DNA of 64,000 nucleotides from Heptranchias perlo (taxonomy: Eukaryota), in contig NW_027139442.1 of assembly GCF_035084215.1 (NCBI RefSeq), forward strand, positions 5,766,001-5,830,000, given 5' to 3'. The position numbers and the translations under genes are program-made. How positions within the stretch are numbered: the stretch's first letter is position 1; each line of letters begins with the position of its first letter. The notes below the pieces were generated by a model that made no database searches, had not been told where the DNA came from, and saw nothing but the letters and a program-made list of their open reading frames with translations. Shown in pieces: positions 49,601 to 59,313 of this stretch.

Positions 49601-52223
49601 ACATTTGGATAAACATAATTTAATAGGTCAAAGTCAGCATGGCTTTACGAAGGGGAAGTCATGTCTGACAAATTTGCTTGAGTTCTTTGAGGACATAACG
49701 TACAGGGTGGATAAAGGGTAACCAGTGGACGTAGTTTATTTAGACTTCGAGAAGGCATTCGATAGGGTGCCACATCAAATATAATTGCTCAAGATAAAGA
49801 ATCACTGGGTTGAGGGTAATATTCTGGCATGGGTGGAGGATTGGTTATCTAACAGGAAGTAGAGAGTTTGGATGAATGATTCATTCTCGGACTGGCAACC
49901 AGTAGCCAGTGGTGTTCCGCAGGGGTCGGTGCTGGGTCCCCAACTCTTTACAACCTACATTAACGATTTGGAGGAGGGGACCGAGTGTAACATATCAAAG
50001 TTTGCAGATGATACAATGATGGGAGGGAAAGTGAAGAGTGAGGAGGACACAAGAAACCTACAGGGGGATATAGACAGGCTGGGTGAGTGGGCGGAGATTT
50101 GGCAGATGCAATACAATATTGGAAAATGTGAGGTTATGCGCTTTGGCAGGAAAAATCAGAGAGCAAGTTATCATCTTAATGTCGAGAAACTGGAAAGTAC
50201 TGCAGTACAACGGGATCTGGGGATCCCAGTGCAAGAAAATCAAAAAGTTAGTATGCAGGTGCAGCAGGTGTTCAAGAAGGCCAACGGAATGTTGGCTTTT
50301 ATTGCTAGGGGGATAGAATATAAAAACAGGGAGGTATTGCTGCAGTTGTATAAGGTATTGGTGAGACCGCACCTGGAATACTGCATACAGTTTTGGTGTC
50401 CATACTTAAGAAAAGATAAACTTGCTCTCGAGGCAGTACAAAGAAGGTTCACTTGGTTAATCCCGGGGATGAGGGGGCGGACATATGAGGAGAGGTTGAG
50501 TAGATTGGGACTCTACTCACTGGAGTTGAGAAGAATGAGAGGCGATCTTATTGAAACATATAAGATTGTGAAGGGGCTTGATCGGGTGGATGCGGTATGG
50601 ATGTTCCCAAGGATGGGTGAAACTAGAGCTAGGGGGCATAATCTTAGAATAAGGGGCTGCTCTTTCAAAACTGAGATGAGGAGAAACTTCTTCACTCAGA
50701 GGGTAGTAGGTCTGTGGAATTTGCTGCCCCAGGAAGCTGTGGAAGCTTCATCATTAAATAAACTTAAAACATAAGTAGGCAGTTTCCTAGAAGTAAAGGG
50801 AATTAGGGGTTACAGGGAGCGGGCAGGAAATTGGACAAGAATTTAGATTTGAGATTAGGATCAGATCAATCATGATCTTATTTAATGACGGAGCAGGCTC
50901 GAGGGGCCGATTGGCCGACTCCTGGTCCTATTTCTTATGTTCTTATGTTCTTATTAAATGGCGCATTGGTCCGGGCCCACCTGGATTGATGTGTGCAGTT
51001 GTTTAATTCACACAAGAGAAAGGATCTGGGTGAACCGTCAGTAACCCCGACTTCTCCCCTGCTGCCTTCGCAATGACAACTGCTGAGATGCAGACTTGCA
51101 TTAGCGCTACCAATAGGACAACACGATCGGCTGCAGCAATCAACTTCATTTACATCAAATCAAAATCAATAATGTAGCAGTGTAGAACATCACCTGTTCG
51201 ATGTCATTATTTTAAAGAGAAATGTCGACACTAACCTTGAGAAACGCTCCGCTCAGTTCCAAAAAACACTAAAAGGAGACACAATGAATCAGTTATTTGA
51301 GTCCGCTCCGTGATGCACTTCAGCTCTGCGCCACTTCTGAAGAAGCGTCCAGTTTTCCTGGACCTGGATCGGGCCGGCGACTAACAGGCAGCCGATGCGA
51401 TCCGACTTGTTTTGAGTCCCCGTCCATGTCCAATTTAAACCCCAGAATGACTTCGATATAACCCAGATGAATTTGGCCTTCTCCAGTAACACTCGCTCAT
51501 AGCGAATCGCAGCCCGTTTTACACCGCGCCGAATGCGCTTTTCCACATCGGGTACATTCCTGCCCTGTGCTGCAAATTTAACATTTGCTTCATAGAAGCG
51601 GTAGTGGAAAATATGTTAAACTTCAATCCTCATGAGTTTAAATCAGGCATTATCAGAAAAAAACTGCGACTTTTATTTTACGAAGGAGGGCACACTTCCT
51701 GGAACACGATGTTAAGGGCGGCACCGATCTGTTTTACCCTTCGGCAGAGCGGATACTTTTCATGTCTGAGCTCAGACACTATTTGTCCGCGAACAATTTG
51801 ACTCGGGGAAGGTGTGAGCACGGACCCTGATCGTGTCCTCAGCGGACATCCACGAATCAATACTTTATAACGGGGCCACGAGTTAACGATCAACAAAGGG
51901 CACTCTCTCTGTTTCTGTCTCCGCCTTATACCGTTCACTTTTCCCGGAAACTAATACCAGTTGCACTCCCTCACCGTTACCCACCGAGAATTGAGCACAA
52001 GCAAGTAACCGCTCCTGTAGCTTTCCAGTCTAAAGGGCTGCACACCAAACTACGAGTTGCTTCTCTCCATTGAGCTGCCGGAGATCGGACAGCGTTGGGC
52101 TCAGTCCCAGTCTCCCGCTTACATCTGTCCACTCCGCTGCACCACAGTCAAGGAATCCTGTACTTTTGGTATAAAATAGTTTCACGACTCACCAAACAGC
52201 AGTAAAACAGAGACAGTATCCAT
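19565..52223 (-). CDS. Multi-exon leukocyte-receptor-complex-like Ig superfamily receptor (split leader, 8 C2-type Ig domains, TM with Arg); ~839 aa if the TM exon is terminal
   Basis: Eleven exons joined by phase-1 GT-AG introns give one open frame (exons listed separately); the 3' end is uncertain. Confidence 0.8.
20690..21385 (+). mobile_element. CR1 3' fragment, degraded
   Basis: LVRPHLEYCVQFW-like sequence and 3' UTR. Confidence 0.8.
21441..21737 (-). CDS. Ig receptor domain D8 (membrane-proximal C2-type Ig)
   Basis: DLPKPNIS...VIFNC...FYLYR...DDGGNYICLY...SALSDPVHITVR; 297 nt, phase 1-1. Confidence 0.92.
22325..23868 (+). mobile_element. Non-LTR LINE 3' fragment interrupted by a solo LTR
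   Basis: LFANDCTVF RT motif; the LINE resumes after 23414 (...NSLPNST..HGL..) and ends in aaaaa near 23865. Confidence 0.75.
22711..23410. mobile_element. Solo LTR, 700 bp
   Basis: TGTA...TACA termini, 4-bp TSD CTGC (22707-22710 and 23411-23414), splits a LINE cleanly; AGTAAA near 23338. Confidence 0.82.
24310..24655 (+). mobile_element. Degraded DeuSINE (SacSINE1/AmnSINE-like)
   Basis: acgttaaatcgagg, ccctcaaccaa and acaacagtgaccacacttc; the last two blocks are shared with the copy at 39555. Confidence 0.55.
24905..25222. repeat. 71-bp tandem repeat, ~4.4 copies with alternating variants
   Basis: cagtga recurs at 24930, 25001, 25072, 25143, 25214. Confidence 0.9.
25409..25699 (-). CDS. 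Ig receptor domain D7
   Basis: DPITRPRMSLDQSIGVYLKGGTVTITC...GGRYQC...SEAVTVTIA; 291 nt, phase 1-1. Confidence 0.92.
27391..27681 (-). CDS. Ig receptor domain D6
   Basis: PLTPPEISLDQPTGVYLEGETVTITC...GGMYQC...SESVTVTIT; 291 nt, phase 1-1. Confidence 0.92.
28015..28195. mobile_element. MITE-like palindromic element
   Basis: Imperfect terminal inverted repeats tggagtagatttagattttgtgcg / cgcgcaaaatcaaaatctccccca plus internal dyad symmetry. Confidence 0.6.
28950..31320 (+). mobile_element. Nested CR1 fragments (younger copy ~29660-30655 inside an older one)
   Basis: KSCLTNLIEFF, WQMKFNAEKCEVIHFGRKN and CR1 3' UTR motifs. Confidence 0.8.
31362..32018 (-). mobile_element. CR1 3' fragment
   Basis: ORF 31577-32026 LQLYRALVRPHLEYCVQF...LWNSL; (catagaaa)n tail. 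Confidence 0.92.
32577..32867 (-). CDS. Ig receptor domain D5
   Basis: DPLIPPEISLDQSTGVYLEGETVAITC...GGRYQC...SKAVTVTIA; 291 nt, phase 1-1. Confidence 0.92.
33228..33978. repeat. 58-bp minisatellite, ~13 copies, inside a MITE-like element (33203-34073)
   Basis: Unit tgtaaagcgggtgatggcgagtcggaagcccattttacatctctccccatttgtacag. Confidence 0.95.
35227..35517 (-). CDS. Ig receptor domain D4
   Basis: DPLTKPAITFDQSTGVYLEGETVTMTC...GGLYQC...SEAVWLTVA; 291 nt, phase 1-1. Confidence 0.92.
36084..36389 (-). CDS. Ig receptor domain D3
   Basis: AYPLKPSLSL...GEVATVTC...FYLYR...EDYFCVY...SERSDTVKVTVV; 306 nt, phase 1-1. Confidence 0.92.
36632..37790. repeat. 49-bp minisatellite, ~24 copies, highly homogeneous
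   Basis: Unit cctacattccggactgcaggtccaatattagaatgtaattcctttcctt; starts at 36682, 36731, 36780. Confidence 0.97.
38071..38364 (-). CDS. Ig receptor domain D2
   Basis: DSLTPPEVSLDQSTGVYLEGEAVTITC...GGRYQC...SEAVSVTIA; 294 nt, phase 1-1. Confidence 0.92.
38675..39365 (-). mobile_element. L2-type LINE 3' end
   Basis: L2-like C-terminus (..LRSLRSSNSGL..AFSCLG..) and ggcgctatgcaagtatttgttgt tail. Confidence 0.8.
39555..39881 (+). mobile_element. DeuSINE (SacSINE1/AmnSINE-like), 3' part
   Basis: Deu-domain-like gagtgctgcattgtcggagg...ctctcaggtggacgtaaaagat...gaagagcag; L2-derived tail gaaaggcgctat..aatgcaagtctttctttc. Confidence 0.78.
39890..40183 (-). CDS. Ig receptor domain D1 (N-terminal)
   Basis: SLVIPRIALDQHSGVYLKGDAATLTC...DKGSYTC...SNSVEITVT; 294 nt, phase 1-1. 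Confidence 0.92.
40445..41285 (-). mobile_element. CR1 3' fragment
   Basis: ORF 40639-41049 LEYCIQFWAPKLRKDILALEGV. Confidence 0.88.
41735..43000 (-). mobile_element. CR1 RT/3' fragment, degraded
   Basis: VDKGMSLDVIF..FDK, KRLLTK and 3' UTR motifs. Confidence 0.85.
43122..43145 (-). CDS. Ig receptor leader mini-exon S2 (24 nt, xGKICTTE)
   Basis: ctcgttttag acceptor and gtaaat donor, phase 1-1; completes the signal peptide MDTVSVLLLFVGKICTTE. Confidence 0.6.
43915..48460 (+). mobile_element. Long degraded CR1 (end of ORF1 esterase, EN, RT, 3' UTR) with nested CR1 insertions at ~44391-44966 (-), ~46590-46710 (-) and ~47745-48215 (-)
   Basis: VGTSDI (GTND-like), AITEIWL, LDLILGNE, EDWRIANV, HRPVSLTS, KSCLTN in order, with many stops. 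Confidence 0.85.
48880..50953 (+). mobile_element. 5'-truncated CR1 with a mostly intact RT region
   Basis: ORFs 49161-49721 and 49872-50774 (KSPGPDG, YRPV.LTS, GVPQGSVLGP, KFADDT); (ttcttatg)n tail. Confidence 0.95.
52193..52223 (-). CDS. Ig receptor leader exon S1 (MDTVSVLLLF)
   Basis: aaaATGG start context, hydrophobic 31-nt coding segment, strong G|gtgagt phase-1 donor. Confidence 0.72.
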
Positions 52224-52400
52224 TTTCTAAGAGGCGCTACGTTGAGACGTGAGAAGTGTAAGGAACGGCGACTCGGTCACTTGTTCGACCTCGCAGCAGA
52301 AGGAATCCGGAAGTGTTTAAATCATGAGACCGGAAACAGAGGCTGGAGAAAGTAAGGTGGTCCCGATAATTAAAGCAACAGTACAGAATTTTGTACAACC
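52224..52400 (-). promoter_or_regulatory. Putative promoter of the Ig receptor gene with an ETS site
   Basis: ccggaagtg at 52307-52315 and further ggaa cores just upstream of the leader ATG; the region is conserved in the inverted paralog. Confidence 0.45.
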
Positions 52401-53024
52401 TGGAATAAAATCTGGATTGGAACTATCGAAGGGTCCAACATGGCAACCTTTCAATATTATACAACGATCACAGGGTGGAGAGATTAGAATGGACTGTGAA
52501 CCCAGAACAACACCGTAAATCACTTGTGATCGATTAGAATTTTTACTCCTCGTGGTCAAGAACTCCAGTGCTGGGAAGGGATTTTTTCCCACTTCAGGCA
52601 CTCAGTAATAGCAACAAACAACCAAACGCCAGGTCCATGCAGTAAAATGCACCAACAAAGTGCCTCAACACAAACCCTATTTCCCAAAACAGCGATCCTG
52701 TGGGCTCTTTCTGTGAGATGCTGTTGGAGCAGGGTCATAGTCAGGGTTGTGACCCAGCCGAATAAAATAAATTAGATCATCTAAAACTGATAGCTATTTA
52801 GTTACGTGGAAGTCTAGTATAATGAATTTACGCGGATATGTTTAACCTGACTCCGATAATTGAGTTGGTTTACAGTTGGTCATACTTATTTGAATTCTAC
52901 CCTTTTCAATTCGGTCGTGATTGTGTGAGGAAATCACTTAATTGAGGAGACGTTTTGATTGTGTAGCGCCAGTGTCCATAAATGGGTTGTGTCGGTAAAG
53001 ATTATTTGAATGAGAAACAGGTTT

Positions 53025-53450
53025 ACTGGAGAAGCTGGTGTTGTTCTCCGTGGAACAGAAAAGGTAAAGGGGAGATTTGTTAGAGGTGTTCAAGATCATG
53101 AACGGTTCTGATAGAGTAAATAAGGAGAAACGATTTCCAGTGGCAGACGGGTCGGTAACCAAAGGACAGAGATTTAAGGTGGTCGAAAAAAGAGCTCGAG
53201 GCGACATGAGGAAAAATGTTTTTATGCAGGGAGTTGTAATGATCTGGAATGCACTACCTGAAAGGGCGGTGGAAGCAGATTCAATGGTAACTTTGAGAAG
53301 GGAATTCGATAATACTTGAAGGGAAAAATTACAGGACTATGGGGACAGTGCAGGGGAATGGTGCTAATTGGATGGCTCTTTCAAAGAGCCGGCAGAAGCA
53401 AAATGGGCCGAATGGCCTCCTTCTATGCTGTACCAACTACGATACTATGA
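53025..53450 (+). mobile_element. CR1 3' fragment
   Basis: EVFKIMNG...WNALPERAVEA and tail. Confidence 0.88.
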
Positions 53451-53964
53451 ATGAAAGGCGTGTTGTTTTTTAATGATGTGAAGATCAGCTCTATTCATCT
53501 GCAGTGAAAAAGTATCAATAGTTGTTACGATTGGAGGTATCGCTAAATCAAACCACACAAAAAGCCGAAACCTTGAAAGTAACTGACCGATCACACTCCC
53601 CATCACCAGTTGAAACTTTCTATTCTTTAGTCTCCATTGACGTATTTCATCTGATGGCTGAATACAATGTTCCTCAGATTGTAAAGACGCTTATTTAAAG
53701 AGATTGCAGGATGTTTAGAGGGGTGGTTGTTGGTGAAAGGTATTTTGACAGTTGAACCCAGTTCGCTGAAGGGAAGTGGTAAAATTTACCGAATCATGAC
53801 GGCCGACGAAAACTGCAACATCGACAGAACATTCAACATCACAGAGGAATGGCCTTGGATTTGCCCGTCACAATCTTTTGTTCCAGATCTTATCTCGTGT
53901 CTGAAATACAAGATTCTGCTACTGTTCTTTATTGTGGGACAGGCAAGAACAATAACTTGCATTG

Positions 53965-54225
53965 ATGTAGCGCCTTGAATTTAAGAAAATGTCCCAAGAC
54001 ACTTCACAGGAGTAGTATTTAGACAACAATTGCACAGAACCATGAAGGTGTATAGGGCTGAAGGAGACTACAGGGATTGGGAGGGAAGAGGCCATGTCGG
54101 GATTTGAACCGGAGGATGAGAATTCTAAATTGGAGGAGTTGGTGGTAACTATAGTGAGTACATGGATGATGTGTGAACGGGAGTTGATATGGGTTAGGAC
54201 ACGGGCAGCAGAGTTTTGGATGTAT
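53965..54225 (-). mobile_element. L2 3' end fragment
   Basis: aacttgcattgatgtagcgcc tail and similarity to 38675-39365. Confidence 0.6.
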
Positions 54226-55176
54226 TGGCGTGCATTGTCATTATTTTACAACCTAAATGTTCTGCACAATTGACATAAAACGACTTTAGTGGAAATACGA
54301 TGAAGTGTTTGAATTCACTGTGACTTATCTCTCACCGTGACTATTTTAACTCTTGTGGAATGATCCGGAATTTGCGAGAAGTGAAAGACCCTATGAGATA
54401 ATTGGAGGAAATCACTAATAATTAGTTGATTAACTCACACAACTATGTCCTAATTAAAGAGGGTAGGTTTCAACTTATCATTCCCAAATGCAAGCCAACT
54501 GAATATCCCTGTCAGATTAAACATACCTGTTTACATTCATTATACTAGACTTCCCTGTGACTAAATTGCTGCCAGTTTCTGGATATTCCGGTTTCTTTTT
54601 AATGGATTGGACCATAAATCTGACAGAGGACCCGGCACTATCAATGTCTCCCTGAAAGAGCCGAAAGTTTGGTTGTTCTGGGAAACAAAAAAAATGATCG
54701 ACGCAGTAGGGGGCGCTCTTCAGAGGTTTGGGTTGAGGCACTTGGTTATTGCATTTGTCTCTGCTGCGCCTGATATTTGAGTGTTTGATGCTGGCACGGA
54801 GGACCTGAAGTGGGAAAAGGCTTATTCCCAGCATTGGAGTCCCTGACCATGATGTGAGCCAAAATTCTACTCAAAGCAAATGATTTACGGTGTTGTTCTG
54901 GGTATGTATTCCATTCTCGCCCCTTAATTCTGAATTCACTATGTAAGATTCAAACGTTGCCATGTTGGACCCTTGCAACATTCCAATCCATATGTTATTC
55001 CAGGTTGTATAAAACTCAGTGTTATTGCTTTCATTGTGGGGACCGACTGATTTGCACCCAGCCTCTTTTTCCGTTCTCAGTCTTTGAATGATTCCGGGTT
55101 CCTCTTGAGTGGCGGAGCAAGTGACTCATTTGCCGTTCCTTACAGTTCTAGGGTGTCAAAGTATTCCTATTAGAAA

Positions 55177-55215
55177 ACGGATAAATCGCTTTTTTACTGT
55201 TGTTTGCTGAGTCGT
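55177..55215 (+). pseudogene. Dead inverted copy of the Ig receptor leader exon 1, within a ~1.3-kb inverted duplication (~54670-55995 vs ~51385-52700)
   Basis: tagaaaACGgat...ttactgttgtttg|CTgagtcgtgaaac versus tagaaaATGgat...ttactgctgtttg|GTgagtcgtgaaac: start and donor both mutated, 1 nt shorter. Confidence 0.78.
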
Positions 55216-56121
55216 GAAACAGTTTTACATCAAAAGTATAGGATTCCCGGACTGTGGTGCAGCTGAATGGACAACTGTTAAGCGGGAGAGTGGGACTGAA
55301 TCTGGCGGTATCCGATATCCGGTAGATCAGTGGATAAAATCAACTCGTGGTTTGATGTGGAGCCCTCTGAATTTGAAAGCTATCAGAGCGGTTACTTATG
55401 TGTAATGAATTCTCAGTGGTAACGGTGAGGGAGTGCAACTCGTGCATGTTTATGGAAAAGGTGAGTGATTAGCGGGGAGAGAGAAGCAGAGAGAGTCGCC
55501 GGCGCTTATCGCTACCCCGTGGATCCGATTGCAAAGTGCCGAGCAGTGGATGTTGGCTGAGGACACTATCAAGTTCCGTGCTCACACCTTCTGTTGTTAA
55601 ACTGTTCGCGGACAAACAACGTCTGAGCTCAGAGATGGAAAGTCTCCACTCTGCCGAAGGGGAAAAGGCGCCGCCGTTAGAACCGTGTTCCAGGGTGAGT
55701 CGCCTCTTTCATAGAAGGAAAATGAAAGAGAGATAAAGCGCACAAGCTTTTTCTGCTAATGCACGATTTAAGATCATGAGGTTTCACCGTTTTTTTTTTA
55801 CTATTTATAACTCACTGTTAAATGCACTGAACAGGGCAGGAATGGAAAGGAAATCCGGCGCCGTGTAAAACGGGCTGCGACTTTCTATTAACCCATTTTG
55901 TTATATCAATGAACCAATTTCATTCCAGTTATGGCGAAGGCATTCTGGGGGTAAAATTAGGCGGGTACATGAAACAGGCGGAATCCAATCGGCTCCAGAG
56001 AGCTTTGGGAAATTATGACGAATGCATCTGCAATTTCCCCACCCGTTTCCTTTAATACCCTAGAGTGGAAACAATCAGGTCCTGGAGATTTTATTATTTG
56101 TTTGCAGTTATTTATTTATCG

Positions 56122-56270
56122 GACTGTGTGTATAACAGGACTGAGTGTCCCAGCACTGACTGTGTGCACAATAGGACTGACAGTCCCAGCACTGACTGTG
56201 TGTTTAAAAAGACTGATGTGCCTTAGCGCTGACAGTGTGTAAAACAGGACTGAGTGTCCCAGCACTGACA
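56122..56270. repeat. 36/38-bp minisatellite, left part
   Basis: Unit tataacaggactgagtgtcccagcactgactgtgtg. Confidence 0.9.
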
Positions 56271-59200
56271 GTTTAAACTAATGTGGCAGGGGGATGGGAA
56301 CCGATGCAGGAAGTCAGTGGGAAATAAAGTGGTGACAGAAACAAAAGGCAGTAAGGGAGAGTGTACAGAACATGACCGGACAGATGGTCTGAGAAAGCAG
56401 GGCAAAGACCAAGGGAAGACTAGATTAAACTGCATTTATTTCAATGCAAGAAGTCTGATGGGCAAGGCAGATGAACTCAGGGCATGGATGGGTACATGGG
56501 ACTGGGATGTTATAGCTATTACTGAAACATGGCTAAGGGAGGGGCAGGACTGGCAGCTCAATGTTCCAGGGTACAGATGCTATAGGAAAGATAGAGCAGG
56601 AGGTAAGAGAGGAGGGGGAGTTGCGTTCTTGATTAGGGAGAACATCACGGCAGTAGTGAGAGGGGATATATCCGAGGGTTCGCCCACTGAGTCCATATGG
56701 GTAGAACTGAAAAATAAGAAGGGAGAGATCACTTTGATAGGATTGTACTACAGACCCCCAAATAGTCAACGGGAAATTGAGGAGCAAATATGTAAGGAGA
56801 TTACAGACAGCTGCAAGAAAAATAGGGTGGTAATAGTAGGGGACTTTAACTTTCCCAACATTGACTGGGACAGCCATAGCATTAGGGGCTTGGATGGAGA
56901 GAAATTTGTTGAGTGTATTCAGGAGGAATTTCTCATTCAGTATGTGGATGGCCCGACTAGAGAGGGGGCAAAACTTGACCTCCTCTTGGGAAATAAGGAA
57001 GGGCAGGTGACAGAAGTGTTAGTGAGGGATCACTTTGGGACCAGTGATCATAATTCCATTAGTTTTAAGATAGCTATGGAGAAGGATAGGTCTGGCCCAA
57101 AAGTTAAAATTCTAAATTGGGGAAAGGCCAATTTTGATGGTATTAGACAGGAACTTTCAGAAGTTGATTGGGAGAGTCTGTTGGCAGGCAAAGGGACGTC
57201 TGGTAAGTGGGAGGCTTTCAAAAGTGTGTTAACCAGGGTTCAGTGTAAGCACATTCCTTATAAAGTGAAGGGCAAGGCTGGTAGAAGTAGGGAACCTTGG
57301 ATGACTCGGGAGATTGAGGCACTAGTCAAAAATAAGAAGGAGGCATATGACATGCATAGGCAGCTGGGATCAAGTGGATCCCTTGAAGAGTATAGAGATT
57401 GCCGGAGTAGAGTTAAGAGAGAAATCAGGAGGGCAAAAAGGGGATATGAGATTGCTTTGGCAGATCAGGCAAAGGTGAATCCAAAGAGCTTCTACAAATA
57501 CATAAAGGTCAAAAGGGTAACAAGGGAGAGAGTAGGGCCTCTTAAGGATCAACAAGGTCATCTATGTGCGGAACCACAAGAGATGGGTGAGATCCTGAAT
57601 GAATATTTCACATCGGTATTTACGGTTGAGAAAGGCATGGATGTTAGGGAACTTGGGGAAATAAATAGTGATGTCTTGAGGAGTGTACATATTACAGAGA
57701 GGGAGGTGCTGGAAGTCTTAACGCGCATCAAGGTAGATAAATCTCCGGGACCTGATGAAATGTATCCCAGGACGTTATGGGAGGTTAGGGAGGAAATTGC
57801 GGGTCCCCTAGCAGAGATATTTGAATCATCCACCGCTACAGGTGAGGTGCCTGAAGATTGGAGGGTAGCAAATGTTGTGCCTTTGTTTAAGAAGGGCGGC
57901 AGGGAAAAGCCTGGGAACTACAGACCAGTGAGCCTGACATCTGTAGTGGGTAAGTTGTTAGAGGGTATTCTGAGGGACAGAATCTACAGGCATTTGGAGA
58001 GGCAGGGACTAATTAGGAACAGTCAGCATGGTTTTGTGAGAGGAAAATCATGTCTCACGAATTTGATTGAGTTTTTTGAAGGGGTAACCAAGAAGATAGA
58101 TGAGGGCTGTGCAGTAGACGTGGTCTACATGGACTTCAGCAAAGCATTTGACAAGGTACCGCATGGTAGGTTGTTACATAAGGTTAAATCTCATGGGATC
58201 CAAGGTGAGGTAGCCAATTGGATACAAAATTGGCTTGACGACAGAAGACAGAGGGTGGTTGTCGATGGTTGTTTTTCAAACTGGATGCCTGTGTCCAGCG
58301 GTGTGCCTCAGGGATCGGTGCTGGGTCCGCTGTTATTTGTTATTTATATTAATGATTTGGATGAGAATTTAGGAGGCATGGTTAGTAAGTTTGCAGATGA
58401 CACCAAGATTGGTGGCATTGTGGACAGTGAAGAAGGTTATCTAGGATTTCAACGGGATCTTGATAAATTGGGCCAGTGGGCCGATGAATGGCAGATGGAG
58501 TTTAATTTAGATAAATGTGAGGTGATGCATTTTGGTAGATCGAATCGGGCCAGGACCTACTCCGTTAATGGTAGGGCGTTGGGGAGAGTTATAGAACAAA
58601 GAGATCTAGGAGTACAGATTCATAGCTCCTTGAAAGTGGAGTCACAGGTGGATAGGGTGGTGAAGAAGGCATTCAGCATGCTTGGTTTCATTGGTCAGAA
58701 CATTGAATGCAGGAGTTGGGATGTCTTGTTGAAGTTGTACAGGGCATTGGTGAGGCCACACTTGGAGTACTGTGTACAGTTCTGGTCACCCTATAGAAAG
58801 GATATTATTAAACTAGAAAGAGTGCAGAAAAGATTTACTAGGATGCTACCGGGACTTGATGGTTTGACTTACAGGGAGAGGTTAGACAGACTGGGACTTT
58901 ATTCCCTGGAGAGTAGGAGGTTAAGGGGTGATCTTATAGAAGTCTATAAAATAATGAGGGGCAGAGATAAGGTCGATAGTCAAAATCTTTTCCCAAAGGT
59001 AGGGGAGTCTATAACGAGGGGGCACAGATTTAAGGTGAGAGGGGAGAGATACAAAAGGGTCCAGAGGGGCAATTTTTTCACTCAAAGGGTGGTGAGTGTC
59101 TGGAACGAGCTGCCAGAGGCAGTAGTAGAGGCGGGTACAATTTTGTCTTTTAAAAAGCATTTGGACAGTTACATGGGGAAGATGGGTATCGAGGGATATG

Positions 59201-59313
59201 GGCCAAGTGCAGGCAATTGGGACTAGCTTAGTGGTATAAACTGGGCGACATGGACATGTTGGGCCGAAGGGCCTGTTTCCATGTTGTAACTTCTATGACT
59301 TCTATGATTCTAT
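56271..59313 (+). mobile_element. Young CR1 LINE, 5'-truncated near the ORF1/ORF2 boundary
   Basis: Contains an uninterrupted ORF2, 3' UTR and (ttctatga)n tail; sits inside a minisatellite. Confidence 0.97.
56281..59226 (+). CDS. CR1 ORF2 (APE endonuclease plus reverse transcriptase), 981 aa
   Basis: YFNARS, ITETW, YYRPP, GDFN, LDLLL, SDH (EN); KSPGPD, YRPVSLTS, DFSKAFD, GVPQGSVLGP, FADD (RT). Confidence 0.95.
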   Translation: MWQGDGNRCRKSVGNKVVTETKGSKGECTEHDRTDGLRKQGKDQGKTRLNCIYFNARSLMGKADELRAWMGTWDWDVIAITETWLREGQDWQLNVPGYRCYRKDRAGGKRGGGVAFLIRENITAVVRGDISEGSPTESIWVELKNKKGEITLIGLYYRPPNSQREIEEQICKEITDSCKKNRVVIVGDFNFPNIDWDSHSIRGLDGEKFVECIQEEFLIQYVDGPTREGAKLDLLLGNKEGQVTEVLVRDHFGTSDHNSISFKIAMEKDRSGPKVKILNWGKANFDGIRQELSEVDWESLLAGKGTSGKWEAFKSVLTRVQCKHIPYKVKGKAGRSREPWMTREIEALVKNKKEAYDMHRQLGSSGSLEEYRDCRSRVKREIRRAKRGYEIALADQAKVNPKSFYKYIKVKRVTRERVGPLKDQQGHLCAEPQEMGEILNEYFTSVFTVEKGMDVRELGEINSDVLRSVHITEREVLEVLTRIKVDKSPGPDEMYPRTLWEVREEIAGPLAEIFESSTATGEVPEDWRVANVVPLFKKGGREKPGNYRPVSLTSVVGKLLEGILRDRIYRHLERQGLIRNSQHGFVRGKSCLTNLIEFFEGVTKKIDEGCAVDVVYMDFSKAFDKVPHGRLLHKVKSHGIQGEVANWIQNWLDDRRQRVVVDGCFSNWMPVSSGVPQGSVLGPLLFVIYINDLDENLGGMVSKFADDTKIGGIVDSEEGYLGFQRDLDKLGQWADEWQMEFNLDKCEVMHFGRSNRARTYSVNGRALGRVIEQRDLGVQIHSSLKVESQVDRVVKKAFSMLGFIGQNIECRSWDVLLKLYRALVRPHLEYCVQFWSPYRKDIIKLERVQKRFTRMLPGLDGLTYRERLDRLGLYSLESRRLRGDLIEVYKIMRGRDKVDSQNLFPKVGESITRGHRFKVRGERYKRVQRGNFFTQRVVSVWNELPEAVVEAGTILSFKKHLDSYMGKMGIEGYGPSAGNWD

